A stretch of 63,413 bases of DNA, the filler included, from Intoshia linei (Eukaryota > Animalia > Orthonectida), in assembly GCA_001642005.1 (NCBI GenBank). It is 8 parts of 8 records of this genome, joined end to end, with 100 filler letters (N's around TTAATTAATTAA, not from the genome) between each part and the next. Parts side by side here need not be neighbours in the genome. Positions count along the whole stretch, not along the records: positions 1 to 26,905 come from LWCA01000456.1; 7 more parts are not named here. One strand, 5' to 3'. Position 1 is the first letter of the stretch. Each line of letters opens with the position of its first letter. The notes under the pieces are model-generated. The model saw only the letters and a list, made by a program, of their open reading frames with translations. It had not been told where the DNA came from and ran no database searches. Both the position numbers and the translations under genes were made by a program. Below, piece by piece: positions 1 through 15,400 of the stretch.

Positions 1-119
1 TATAATATACTAATTAATTTAATTTTTCATATTTAATTAACTTTGTTTCAATTTCATACGTGTTTTTATAAATGTAATGTTGTGTGATCATATGGTCACA
101 CTAGGAGTATATCGGTTAA
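1..119. mobile_element. Probable right end of a piggyBac-type MITE
   Basis: Ends ...CGG|TTAA at 115-119, with an imperfect subterminal palindrome GTGTGATCATATGGTCACAC (82-101). The other end is outside the window. Confidence 0.35.
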
Positions 120-189
120 TATAATAAATTTATCAACAAAAGTTAATATATAATAATAAAAACAACAATTAAATAGTAATAATAATAAT

Positions 190-457
190 AACAATTAAGA
201 TGGAATAATTTACTTTAAAGTAAAAAGTAATGTGATATGATGGTTCCACCTGAAACAAGTTTGGGCACTACTCTTTGAAGGATTGATAATAGTGAATAGT
301 AGGATTTTTAAGTTAGATTTTCAACGTGAATGGGATTGATAATAGTGAATAGTAGAATTTTTAAGTTAGATTTTCAACGTGAATTTTTTGATATAATAAA
401 AATAGCCCTCGGTAGAGCTAGGTGCTGTTTGTACGTAGTACATAAGAGTCAACCTAG
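190..457 (+). mobile_element. Non-autonomous Helitron, 3' portion
   Basis: Family 3' terminus CTCGG(T)AGAGCTAGGTGCTGTTTGTACGTAGTACATAAGAGTCAACCTAG|T (hairpin then CTAG). Contains an internal ~53-bp tandem duplication (about 280-383). Matches 52340-52551. Confidence 0.8.
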
Positions 458-494
458 TATTATATAATATGTTTGTACTGTATTCATAAATTAC

Positions 495-3400
495 TTGAAA
501 CGACTGTTTACTTCAATTTGACGGCCATTAAATTCAATAAAAGTGACATTTGACAATTTTTTTTTAAATTTGGATGTATTGTAGTTTGGTATGGTAATTA
601 ATTTCCCCAATAATCCTTCATATGTTTCACAGCAATTCTAATATATATTACAATATTATTATATGTATAATATATACATTGCATATGCTATTCCATAAAA
701 TTTCTACTGTACAGTGTACACTAAAGTGTCTCAAAAAAAATGAAAAATTATATTTTTGAACATCCTTAGGTATAATAGTGATCAAGTATATAAAAATAAT
801 ATTTCCAAAATATTAATGCATTTTAACATATATTGAAGATAGCCTGACCATTCAAAGTTTTCTATATATATACTATATACAAAATTAAAATGGAACTTTA
901 TTTTAATGGAAATTAGCGTTTGAGCTTTTCAATGTGGTACCGACTTCATAATAATATTCTCCGTGTTTAGTTATACTGTTTATTTTTTAAAATTTGTTTT
1001 TAGCTCAATTTTTTTGGATTTTATTTTTTTTTTGAATACAATTTAAAAATGTAAATAGCCAGAATTTGAGAAACTAAATAGTTAATAAAATCCAAACAAA
1101 TTGAGCTAGAAACAAATTTTAAAAAATAAACAGTATAACTAAACATGGAGAACAATATTATGAAGTCGGTGCCACATTTAAAAGCTTAAACGCCAATTTC
1201 TATTAAAATAAAGTTCCGTTTTAATTTTGTAATATATAGTATATATAAAGAAAACTTTAAATGGTCAGGCTAACTTCACCGTTAGGAGTTGGCCAAAACT
1301 ATTTTACAATAGTTATCATTTTAGTAAATCTATAATTTTAAGCCCTAAGGATATTTTTTCTAAATACCCATGAGACACTTTAGTGTACACGTACTAACTG
1401 ATGAAAATTTCAATATATGTCACGCTAATAGCATTTTATTTTATTAGAATCCAAAAATCTTGACCTGAAAAGTCCGTTTCCGAAAAGTTACACTGGATTC
1501 AGCTGTTTAATGATTACGTGAATATAATATAATTAAACCGTATAATTTTTTAGTTGCATTTGTATCTTAAAAATTAGCATACAAACATTTTAAAATGTAC
1601 ATTAGAAAATTGTGATTTTATTAATATAATTTTAATATTCAATATTTTACCATGATTAATACAGTTTCGCCCAATAAACACGCTTTTTCCAAGATCATAT
1701 CAGTAATTTCGTTATAATCGATTAGATAAACTTTACTATATTGATTTTTGATCCACCTAATTACAATCTATTTAAAAAATTTGATAATAACAATAATATT
1801 AAGCCATATATTAAGTATGTATGTTGTATTTAATATGTAGTGATTTAATATTTTCTTATCGGATGAGACAATATTTAGATATGACTGAAATATAAAAATT
1901 GTCGTGAACAGGTTTGTTTGATGTAACATTGTATGGTTCAGTAAAAAATAGAATGATTAATAATTATATTTGAAAATCAAACGAGTTCGAGAATTTAAAA
2001 AAATATATACTCTGATACGGATTTTAAAATCATCAATAATATCATCAATTTAAATTTAAAAAAATATATCTTCAGGGTCAAAACCCCAAATTACCATTTT
2101 TTTTAATGAAAACAGCCCTAGAATTTAAAAAAATTTAAAGGTGGTACAGTTGTATCCTGTTAACACACACAAAAAACTTCATTCTGAAAACCTATAGGTT
2201 TGAGTGGTGTAGATTTTGCGCTGGCAATTATGATATGTATTCTCCCGTAAATGTTATTTATCAATAACAAATTATTTAATAGTAAATAAAATTTACTTGA
2301 TGGAAATATAATGAGGGTCGATCAATAATGGGACTTTGTGAGATAAATCCATAATAATACCATTTTCGATAGATTCTTCGTCATTTGATAACCCATTATG
2401 CACCCATCCATTTATCTAATATAATAAAAAATCTTTACATTAATAATATATACTGTTTGTTGGTTAATCATACTTTTTATAAAATTATAATTATATCTAC
2501 AAGGTATATATGATTTTTTTTCCGATTTTCCAATTACGGTCATTTGCCATTTTTGTAAAGTATTTAACCGATCATCATGATCAAAACAACCCAAATATGT
2601 TATATACCCACTTGATAATAATATATCCCCCACGATAGTGCTCAATTCTTTTTCATAAGTATCCAGGTTTCGAATCCATAATTCCTAATAATGTACATGT
2701 ATACATAAAAATAAATTACCTTTTCGTTGGATAGAGAAAATAATATTTTTTGTGCTCTGCTGATTTTCATTTCGATGTTATTTTTTTCTTGATTCAAGTT
2801 TTTTTTGTCTTCAAAAGACTGTTGATATGCAGCATTTATAAGTTTTAATTTAACGTCAATCTAAAATTTAAGCTAATTATCTTTAATTAATCATTTATAC
2901 TGATTTTTTAAGACAATTATGCTTTTCATATATATCGTTTTGTTTTAATAGAATTTCTTCTGTTTCTTTAATTAAACGCTCTTTTGGTATCCTATCCTAT
3001 TTAAAAGACATAATAACGATATTAATGTACACATTACCTTTTTAACTTCGTAGTTATTTTCAATAGCTAATACCCATTCACACAAATATTTGCATATATT
3101 CGATACAGAACCTACATCCTTAATATTAAATTTAGGATTTCTCGTATATTTCTTTAATTTATTTATCATTTTTTTATTTATATTAGATTTGTTGTATTTC
3201 TTTATTTTTTCCATAAATTTATTATCAGATAATATAGATTTTACAGATAACCAATTTTCAGCTTTATTAAATAATATCGATATTGAAAACATAACTTCTT
3301 TAACTATATAAAACGAACATATAAATTTTTTTAATCTAACATTTAATCAAATTTAAAATATACAATATTAACTATAACATACTTACTATATTATTATAAA

Positions 3401-6400
3401 TACAATATTAATAAAAAATTCAAAATTTATATTATTTTTATATATATTAAATAATATATTAATACAAAAAATATTATTACCAATATGTGGAGGATTTCTA
3501 TATGCTCTAATAAATAAATAATATTATATCAAAATATAAATAAATTTTATTAATAACACAGTCCAACAAAATGACAACTTTTTTGAATGCAAGAGTAAAA
3601 TTTACATTTGCACTTGGAAGAGATTTTTATTATGAACAAGATGGTATAATCAGTTTTTCTGCATCAGGTTTAATTTTTTTTAAAATACGATTAAATTTAG
3701 AAAAAGTGCCTAAAATGGGCATATTTGAAGGTCAATAGAAATGTAAAATACAGTAGATTTATGGATTATTATATATGATTGGACATGGAAAAATCTTTGC
3801 GCTTCAACTTATAAAATTATTAACAGAATTGAATACTATTGAACGAAATAAAACGGAATATATAAAAAATATAATTATAATATACACTAAGCAAATAAAT
3901 GTTAGATCAGTGGTTTTCAACCTTTTTGTGTTCGACCCCCTTATAAACATAAAAAATTTTCGCGACTAAAAAATTTTCTATATACTCCAAACATCATATT
4001 AGTTCACATTAATGAAAATGAAAATATTAAAAAATCATATCCAGTTTTATTTATATTTTATACTGTGGTCACTGAGCACTACTCAGTACAATGTATTATT
4101 ATAATAACTAAATTTATTTTTTTCATGTGAAATTTGAGGTTCCATTTTTGATACAATTATTGATATTCTTGGCAGTGTATGCGATAAGGCGAGCCTCATA
4201 TCATCATTAACATTCAATCTGTTTATTGACTTTGTTTTTATATGAATAAGCGTATAAAATTCTGCTTCACACAGACAAGTTGACGGTAAAAATAGTAGCA
4301 ATATCAAAGCAATCGTAAATACATTTAGATATAAATCACTCATATATTATGTGATATGATATCACATTATTAAGTAGTTAGTGATTTTTTATAGAAAATA
4401 TTACGTGCAGTGGAATCATTTATTAAATCTTTTCATACTGTATTTTATCGGGAATATATGTAGTTTATATATTGAGTGAAGAAAAACATTTAAAATTGTA
4501 ATACAGAATGTAAAAATATTTCCTTAACATTATTACTGTCAAAATTCTATATTAAAATAAAAAAAATGTATTCATAAAATTTTCAAATTTTCACGACCCC
4601 CCGGTTGAAGACCATATGTTAGATCATTCTACATGTATAAATATATAAATTAGTTTTTCATATTGAATCTTATATTGTATTTTTAATTTAGAAATACCTC
4701 AGAAAGGCTGTAATTACTAATTATAGAAAATATTTGAGTAATCGTGTCATCTCGTTTAATCTTGTTTCTAATTGTGTTTAAGATGGCTTAGAAAACCTCC
4801 TATTTTAGATATTTTTGCAACTTTAACCTCAATTAAAAAAAATCTGGACGTGATTGAAAAATAATATTGGTATTACGTTGGCCAGTTCATTGAGACGAAA
4901 AAGATAATGTATTCATCATCCTTGATTTTTTATGGTGTTGAACTGTGTAATTAATGTGTAGTAATAAAAATGCTATATATAACTTACTTTAATTCAGATA
5001 AATTGATTTTATTAATTTTTTTCAAATTTTTCATTGCAATATCTAATTTTGGTTGAGCAGAATCCAGTTCAGATTTGTAACACTAATATAACATGTTATA
5101 AATACATACACCCTCAAACGGTGTAATTTCTATTAGCGATATATAATAGTATCAGACCAGGTTACTAAAAATAAAATGGGCACTACTAAACCAACAATAC
5201 AAACCCCTGGTATAAAATATGGGAATATATTTTTCCAAAATTATAAATCCTAAAAATTTTAGATTTGGACAAAATATATTCGAATTGTTAAAAAAACTAA
5301 ATAAAATGCCCGGGAAATAGGCGATAAAACATAAAATATAACTTATATGGGGTTTTCTGCAATTTTCTACACTACATTTGGCATTTTTTAAAATTGGCAA
5401 AAACCGTTTACACGTCACTTTAAATTGTACATTTGACCATTTTAAAGATACAGAAACAGGTGATTATCTAAATCAGTGGCACAAAAATTTTTGAAATGGG
5501 GGCCGGAATTAATAAAAAAATCTGCGGGCCAGATGGAAGCTATACATGACGATATTTTAAATTACAATTTAAATTTTAAGTTAATGAATAAATAAATTTC
5601 TCATGATCTAAAAATTACGAGTTGATAGTATATAGAATGGTATAGTATATTGATAGTATATATTTAAAATCTAAGTCGATGATATACATAAATTGTGTGA
5701 TAATTTGTAAGATATCACTCGTGTATTTTATAATATATTTGTAATTCGCGGGCCTGATAAAATTCAATTGCGGGCCGTAGTTTCGTGGCCACTGATCTAA
5801 ATGAACGGAAAAATAAGAAAAACATTGATTTAAAAGATAGCCCTAGTTAATTTAATTAGTATAATTTAATAAACAGAATAATCCATCTTATTAATTAACC
5901 ACGCCAATAGTGACATACTTTATATTAAATGTACTTTTTTGTTAATAATTATGTCATTATTTTATTACATATTAATTACATTTATTTGTTCTTGAATTTC
6001 AGATATTTTGGATTTCATTATCGATTGTTTGTTATTGATAATATTTAATACTTTTTTTATATCATTTTTTTGAGTGTTTAAGTTATTTATCAAGTTATCA
6101 GTTTCCTAAAAATTAATGAGTAATATATAATACACCTTACAATAGCTTTCAATTTAATTTTGGGACCAACATCCACTAGATCGTATTGCATTTTGTTAAT
6201 ATATTTATTTGATTCATTGAGTGATTTTAAACATTTCCTTAATGTTGTTATTTCATATAAATATCTTTTAGCATTATAATTAAAATTTTTACAAAACATT
6301 TCTATAAAATAAGCAATGCTAAAAAAACTTTTATCAAATTTATTTTTTTCTTTCAATTTTTTCATTGCAATTTGATGCATACTGTAAAAACAATTTACAA

Positions 6401-9400
6401 TTTTATAACGGTAGTTCTAAAAAAATTTATATAATGTTACATTTTGTTTACCAAAATGTATTTAGTTAAATCAGAATCAATATATTCATTCAAATAATGA
6501 ATTGAAATATTTTCAATTGTCTGACTTGTTAAATCTTTAAAATGTATTATTGTTAACTTGCTCAATATGGTTGCATCGAAAAATACTGTCATGTTACTTT
6601 TTATCGAAAAATCATTGATAATTAAGACTATACATAAATTTAATTTCAGTCTCTAAATAGATTTAATTAGCATATAGGTAGTAATATAATTAACAATATT
6701 ATACCATGTTCAAGTATTTAAAAATTTCATCATCATTTAAATGAAGATCTAATTTACTTGCGTATTCTTTTGTTAGTAAATACAGATTACTTTGTTTTTC
6801 TTGATCATAAAAATTTTCTATTTCTATACCATTCAAAATTGATAATATATCACTTAAAATAGCATCCTATAAAATATATATTTAAAAAATACCATGTTAG
6901 TAACATTTATTATGTCGTTATCAGTAATAACTAACACTTTTTTTTTATCTTGAAATACTACATTCTTTACAAGATTTTCAAAGTCATGTTTGAAATTTTC
7001 GTATGAATATGATGAAGAAAATGGCAATATTTCTTGTTGAATTCCACTTAGAGTTAAACAAAATTCAAGAGATCTGCGTTTACCAGTAGATTGACAACCA
7101 AACTAAAAATAATTCAAGTACAGTACGTTTGTTTGTTCACAAAACATTAAATTAATCTTAAAACCACTATAAGTGATATTTAACTAAAAGGTTATCCATA
7201 ATTTTATATTTATTTAAATTTAAACAATTCATATGTAAAAATTTACTATGCAGCTTTTGAACAATTTTTTGCAATCAAGAGATAATTTACTCACTGTGAA
7301 AACCTTCATACATAATATATACATTTTAAAATTTACATATTCCATCATTACTGATAAATTAATGTAGGGATAGTAAGTAAAAACAGTATTATAAGCTCAA
7401 ATCGAATCCAAGTTAAGAATTCATCAGATATAATAATACCCATATACAATGTATATATTATAGATCAGCGGTTCTCAACCTTTTTCAGGCCATGGCCTAA
7501 AAACGTTTTGCCTAAAATTCCATGGGCCACCTTAAAAAATCTACTTTTATTTACAGTAAAATTCTTTATTTATTTACATTTATACTAGTTAGTGACTGCC
7601 TTGGCATTGGTGTTTGTTGCACAATGCATCGTAATCAATTTCTATTAGTTTATTCAATCTTAATCGTATTATTCCTCGGTTGTTCACATCAAATTTTGAC
7701 CTCTTCTTACTAAAAATATCGACCACTGCTGAAAATCCAGCTTCTACAAGCCATGTTGTAGGAAAAGCAATAATGCTTGGTTGAACATTATCAAACACAA
7801 TTGGATTTAATTCTTGAATTCCACTAAATCCAAATACACCTTCCTTTTCTATTCGTCTTACTAATTTCAAATTTTCTTTTAAGTCCAAGAGTTTTTCTGT
7901 TAGTTAAGGACTGGTTTCATCATCTGGTTCAAATTTTAGAAGATCTGTAAACCAGACTGGATGCTTCATTTCCAGTATATCTTGGTTAGGGGTGTAAGTT
8001 TTATGCAATTTTTTTCGAAAATGCAAAAGTACACGCACACACGTTAAGGAGCCGGTTGAGTAGTACACAATTAAAAAAACGTTGGAGCTGAGCACTTCAA
8101 AATTTGAATAATTAAACATTATCATATTTCATATAGTAAATTTTAGTTATAATTAATTGTTATGACTTTATGACAATTAATTTTCGTGAAATGAGTTAAA
8201 TTGAAGTTTTTCAACAGAATCTAAATAATTATCAAATCAGCATTTATGCTTCGCTACAATGTAAGATTATGCATTTTTTGAAACTAATAATAAAAGAATT
8301 AATCAATGGTAACCCATTGGAAATTAATTTTTCATATAACAGCAATTTTATGGCTTAATACACCAAGTTTTTTTTAATGTTAAAAATTTTCTGTGGCCCA
8401 CAAGTGGGCCACATGGCCCATGTTGAGAACCACTGTTATAGATGTATGTATGATATACATTGTATATCAATGTTGACAAGATTTTAATATGATATAACAA
8501 AAAATATGAAAAATATTATTTATTATGCCAAATAAAGGGTTGATTCAATACATTAGGATTCACTATTGATATTTACCATGCATTTCATAGCATTAATATT
8601 TAATTTAAAATTTAATTCAATTTCTCACCAAAATATCATACATCTTAAAAATATTTTGTGAATTGATTGAGACTGATACAATTTGGTTTTTTAAGAGATA
8701 AATAGTTTTGTCTAGAAAATTACTATTTTTACCGACTCACTATGCAATTTAATATTAAATTTTTTGTGCATAAAATAAATCATTGATCACATTTTCCTAT
8801 ATTTTTTTCTCAAAATACCCATATATGCAAAAACCAAAAATACCAATTTTAATTTTTGAACTACGATTAATAAATAAATTAATAAAATGAAAAGGTACCA
8901 TCAATAAATTGCTTATTCCAGTTCCAATTGTACGTAAAATTTTGCATATATTCCTGGTAAAATCATCATATACATTAACATTGGAAACCTTCATAATGTA
9001 TTATTTATATACTTTTTAAATTTACCGTCGAATTGGATAATAAATATTTTGTGATGGCATTATTGACCGTAAATACATCTGATAAAGTATAATTAATTTT
9101 CTTAATACCAATTTCTTTTATTTCGTTGTGTTCATTTAATAAATTTATACAAACAATATTATTTAATTTTGATTTTTCAGGTGATATCTATTTTATAAAA
9201 ATTATCATCAAATTTCATATTTACCAAAAAATGTTTTTTTATAACAATGCCCATTTCATTTTCATATTTTTCTACATCTTCTTTCGATACAATCCTGTCC
9301 CTGAAGCATCTATTTGATTCATGCATCCATAATTGAATCCAATTATTTCTATCGTTAATGCAGTTTGGAACTATCATTCGTATTCCATAAAATAACTATA

Positions 9401-12400
9401 ATTTATATACTATTACTTTAATTACATTTAAATACACACATTATTATTAAAAATTAAAACTACCTTATATAAATCATGTAAATTAAAAATATGGTATGGT
9501 TTTTGTGCATTATAAGGAAATGTTTTCTTAATTCTGTTATATAAATCAGTTGAAGCAGTAATTGTAGAAAATATAGAATTTGCCACATCGTTGCAAAACG
9601 AATAAAATTGAAAAAAGATATCCATATTGTATTTAAATATTAATTCAATTGAAGAAGAAGATGGTTCATTATAAGAAATACAGTAAAATCTATTTTGTAA
9701 ACGATTGTTATAATTGTTAGAGGTGTATTTATCTGTACAAATAGAAGATATTAATCTGTAATTTTTGATGGTCTAATTCTTAAATTATTAATGTATACTT
9801 TTGTTGTTATATTAACCTTGTACATCCCTTTTTCATATATTTGATGTGAATCGATAAATTCTCGTAACGATTCATAAATATTTTTATGTTGAGTTTCAAC
9901 AACATTTGACATGCTCATGTCTGACAAATAATACAAAATCTAAAAAAGATACGTTTTAATGCACAACAATATAAATAATAACATTCAAATTTCATAATAA
10001 TAATAATAACATTCAAAGGAATCTTTAAAATCGTTAAAAATTTCCAGAATAAAATGTTCCCTTAAAGGCCTACAAAATTTTATTACTAAAATGAATATCA
10101 AAATATTTTAAAAATTGTAGAAAAAAATGTTCCCTTAAAAAAACTCACATAAACATTTGTCAAAAAATGAATAATTAATTATCGAAATCGATGATTATAT
10201 TTAAATATTTAAAAAATAATTTTATTATTTTGTATTTTTATTGTTGCATTTTAATCTTTAAACATTTTCGAATATCAATGTTTTTTCCTAATCAAAATTA
10301 AAGGTGAGCTCAAATTTTTATGTATTTAACAGATGAATATTAAGAAACACGACTCTAGAGAATGACACCATTTTAATTATACCTTTTTATTTGATGGAGC
10401 CGTATAAACATTTCTCTTGCTACGAATCAATTTATTAAAAAAATCTAATCTAAATTTTTCCAAAGTCGTGTAATTGTTGATATGTTGATTAGATAACATT
10501 AAATTATCTTGAGAATAAAAGTCATCTAAATACCAATTTAATTTTATAATATGTATTTGTAAGTACAATTTAATTTGTGTAAATTTATTCTTTTTATTAA
10601 TGTATTAATCAAATGAGATTTTCCTGTACCACTTGTACCTAAATTTGTATGTCTTGAATATTACATTTTGTGTTAATATATACAATTTATATTTTATGTA
10701 CAATTAAAATAACCAGATAATAAAATGGGAACATTTTCATTGATAGCCAGCATCATAAAAGATACCGATCTTTCTAATTCCAAGGTATTTACTGTAAAAT
10801 TTGTATATGCAGATTTCCAATTTTTAGCTTTTTCATCAATTGCATCGAATAAAATTTTATTCGATTTGACAACTTTATCATCAAAACTTTTTATTTTTCC
10901 ATCGCATTTATCAATGAAATAATTGTATAAATTCACGTCTTGTGGAAGAACAACACCTACATTAAAATTTTCATAAAATTCAATAATATCATCATAATAA
11001 TTAATAATAATATAAATTTAGTAATTATAATTATTTTAATTATATTGTTAATTCATTTACTTTTATATACATAATTTAAAGTTTATATACTTTATAGAAT
11101 TATAATTAATTAATGATACAAAAATTATGAGTCAATCCGGTACAATTCACAGGGTAAATTATTATAAGGCTTGTATTTATCGCGTCAGTATTTTAAATAT
11201 TAAAATGTCAGTATTTTAGATGCTTTGTCAGTAAAAATATTAAATTGTCAGTGTTTTAGGTGCCAGTTGACAAGGTGTCAGTATTTAAATTGAATATTCT
11301 GTATAAAATGAAACTGACAAAAAATGCTTTTGTAAAATATTCTATTTGTTCTCATAAAAAAATATTCTCTGGTGTGAACACTATAGAATATTTCTGATTG
11401 TTTTGTAATATAGTTTGTAGGTATAATATGGTATCTTCACATTTCAGTTTTAACTTGGTTCTGTAGTGGATGATATATTATTTCAAAAACTAGATTTTAA
11501 ATTTTTATACTGACACCTTGTCAACTCCAAAATCATCAAACTTACAATTCAATTTTTTTACTGAAAAAATATTTTATAAAATGTGTTTATTTCTATATAC
11601 TTTTTTTTGAGTTACTTACAATTTTCGATGAATCTAGTTATCATATTTATTGACAAAAATGCAATTATTGTCTGACAAGAAAGCAATTAAAAACTGACAA
11701 ATATGTAATTGAATACTGACAAAGTACATTTTATTACTGACAAATTAAATACTCCTCTTATTATAATAAAAAGTAGTTATTACAATTATTAAAAATTAGT
11801 GTTTCAAAACGATATTAAATATTGAACTTGTAAATTAATTTTAACGAAGCCACCAGAAATAAATCCATTATTAGGTTTGATTAAATTGGCTTTATTCTAT
11901 GAGAATTTGTTTAAAATTAAACATTAGCTTCGATAAAAGTGCATATGTTACAGGCAGTTTGGAAATCCAGGCAATTTGCAAATTGACTGATCCAGAGAAT
12001 ATTTTTTTATCCAATTCAATTGTATATTTATATTTAATTTTGTGTATTTTTAATCTCTTATTTTACTCTAATTAATTAGGTTAAATAGCAACGTGACTAA
12101 TAATTCAAATTTTCAAATTGCCTGGATTTCCAAACTGCCTGTAACACATACATATTCTTTGTCGTCAAAGTGCAATGTTCACGTTAGGTTATTTAAGTAA
12201 ATTAACACTTTTATTTATAATTTTAAAATTCAAATTCAATTATATTATAATTTACATTTACCCAATGTGGCCTGTTTTTCAAAAATCTGATACACAAAAT
12301 TAGAGAATGTATACTCAATTTCCTCCTTTCCAACATTAATTTGTTTAAAATTGGACCCTATGCTCCACAATATCGAAAATGCAAAAGTTTTTCCAATGAA

Positions 12401-15400
12401 ATATTTTAAATTATCAGAGTTAGATTTTATCAACCGTTGAGCAAAACTTTTATATCTAAAATATTATTTTTATTGAATCATTTCATATTATTTGTGGTAT
12501 GGCCTGGTCCATAATATACTCGTAACAAAATCGACCCATATTCGTAACCGTATTCGTGCATTGTTATCATAAATTTTACACTTCAAAATATAATTAAAAT
12601 ATTATCTTTTAACAAACTCTATTCTCTTAAATTTAACGATGAGTTAAAACTTCTATTACAATTTATATATGAGTTTAGTTAACATCAAATTTAACCCTTT
12701 CGTGACGAATGTATCAAATTTGATACATTTGTCATCTACGATATAAAATAAACTTTTCTATTCAATATTTTATAAATCTATGCAGTTATTTTAAAATAAA
12801 TTAACAAATGTAAATAATGACAAATCCTATTGTGTTTTAATCTAATGCCAGTCACTAAGTACGTCTTAAACATTAGTGTATGATGAAATTTTATATGTAT
12901 TAATTTTCATAATCTAGATACAACTATTGTGGATTAACGATTTTCACTATAAATAATTTAAATGTTGTTTATATAGCTATTGTTTTTAATTTAGAAGAGA
13001 AGACAACCGAGATAAAACAAACTGACCTAGCTAGCATTTAATATAAAGCAACGTTACTAATTAAGAGTCTTAAAAGATTCAAATTATAAATAAACATTTA
13101 TAATAACTAATAAACTAATAACTAATAAACTAATAACTAAGCTTGATATAACGTTATTTACATTTTATATATTTTTCAATAGTAATGGATTTTGATTACG
13201 AAGTTGAAAGAGACAAGTTTGGACGATTAATAAGAAATGTTTGTGTGATTCCCGATGCAGACCTGTCTGAGAATAACATTATAGAGGATAAAGACAACAC
13301 GAATTTTTCTGATGATAGTGATAGTATTGATGAAGATGACATACCATTAAACAAATTATATAAAAATCAGTGGAAAAAACAAAAAGGACCATTAATAGAG
13401 TTATCTATCCATAAAAACGAAAAAAATAAAAAACTATGCAATCCTATAGATTATTTTAATTGTTTTTGGACATATGACATGTTTGAAGAGACAGTGAAAC
13501 AGTCAAATTTTTTATGCTACACAATGTGGTTCAACGTTTGTAACCACTGTTGCAGAAATGGAAATTTTTTTTGGAATCATTATAAAAATTGATGTTATCC
13601 GATTGCTGTACTATAGAATGTATTGGTCGGCCGAATTTACCGTAGGCGATATATCTCATTGTATGACCTAGGATCGGTTCGAAGACATAAAAAAATACTT
13701 GCATTTTGCAAACAATGCACAGCTAGTGACAGACAAAAACAATCCAAAATTTGACCGCTCATACAAAATATCTAACATTCTTGAAATGTTCAGAAATGCA
13801 TGTCTTACTTCACCCCCTACTCAAATTAATTCAGTTGACGAACAAATTATACGATTTAAGGGAAAAACTGGAATGAAACAATATTTACCTAAAAAACCAA
13901 CAAAATGGCGACTTAAAGTTTTCTTTAGAAATTGAGATAATGGCATAATGAATAATTTTTATATATATTCGGAAAATACACCAAAAGTAGACAAATCTTG
14001 TGGAAATAATTCTGGGGACGTAGTGGTAAATTTATCTTAATCGTTGAATAAAATTGATCATATTTTGTGTTTTGACAATTGCTTTAATTCATACGTCCTC
14101 TAACATTTTCTAGCAAAACAAAAAATTTATTCTGTTGGAACAATGAGAAAGAATAGAATGCACGGAGCTCCTGTCATGGACGATAAAGTAATAAAACAAA
14201 AAGGTAGGGGAACTATGGACTATGCTTTCAACAATAACAAAAAAATCAATGTTGTTAAATGGTATGACAACAGACCAGTACAATTAGCGTCAAATTGTTA
14301 TGCCATCAACCCTGTTTCAAATTTTGTGCGATATGATCGTATCAGAAAAGCCATCATTCATGTAAAGTATCCGATGGTTATAAAATTTTATAACCAACAC
14401 ATGGGGTGGTAGACAAATTTGATATGCTTATGAGTCTTTATAGGAACAATCACAAAACTACAAAATGGTACATTGCAGTCTTTCACTGGATTTTAAACTC
14501 TTCAATTGTAAATGCATGGTTGCAATATTGTCGCGTTTGTAGAGATGGTGGAGAGCCTGCTTCAGATTTACTAACGTTTACATGTTCAATTTCAAGGTCA
14601 CTCATGCATTTTAATAAAATTCCTCTGATAGTTAAAAGAGGACGTCCATTAACTACAAAGAATAAATTACCAACAAGGACCTCTACTTATATTATAAATA
14701 ATATGGATGATGTAATTAGAAAGGATAATATAGGTCACTTTCCATTACCTACAGAAACGTTCAATAGGCGAAAATGTAAACTTTGTAGCAAACTCAGTAC
14801 CATGACTTGTATAAAATTTAAAGTATATTTATGTTGTAGGCATGAACGAAATTGTTTTATAAAATATCACCAATAAATATATACATGTATGTACATTTGT
14901 AATTTGAATAACACAATTTTAACTATGTAGATGACGAATGTATCATTTTTGATACACTGATTTTTATGTGTTTATTTTGATTTATTTTCAAATTTTTTTA
15001 TTTAATATGTAAATTCTACAATTATAACTAGAATTTACTGGAAAAATTATTATGTAGTAATATAGAAATATATTTGTCACGAAAAGGTTAAATTAAAGTA
15101 TTAAGTATATAGTACTATTAAAAAAATATATTCGTTTTTTTATGATATATGTTAAATTAATATATCATAAATATAAAATTTTTACTTTGAAACATTGTTG
15201 CATTCTATTTCATCATTAAAGCTCAAATAAGAACTCATTTTTCTATCAACATCTAAAATTAAAAATGTATATATCGATGACATATAATAAATATGACAAT
15301 TTACTATATATACATTTTTATTAGGTTTAAGAAATATAAATATTATTTTATTGAAAAAAAAGGTGTTTTTTTATCTTATACTTTATTAAAATATTGACTC

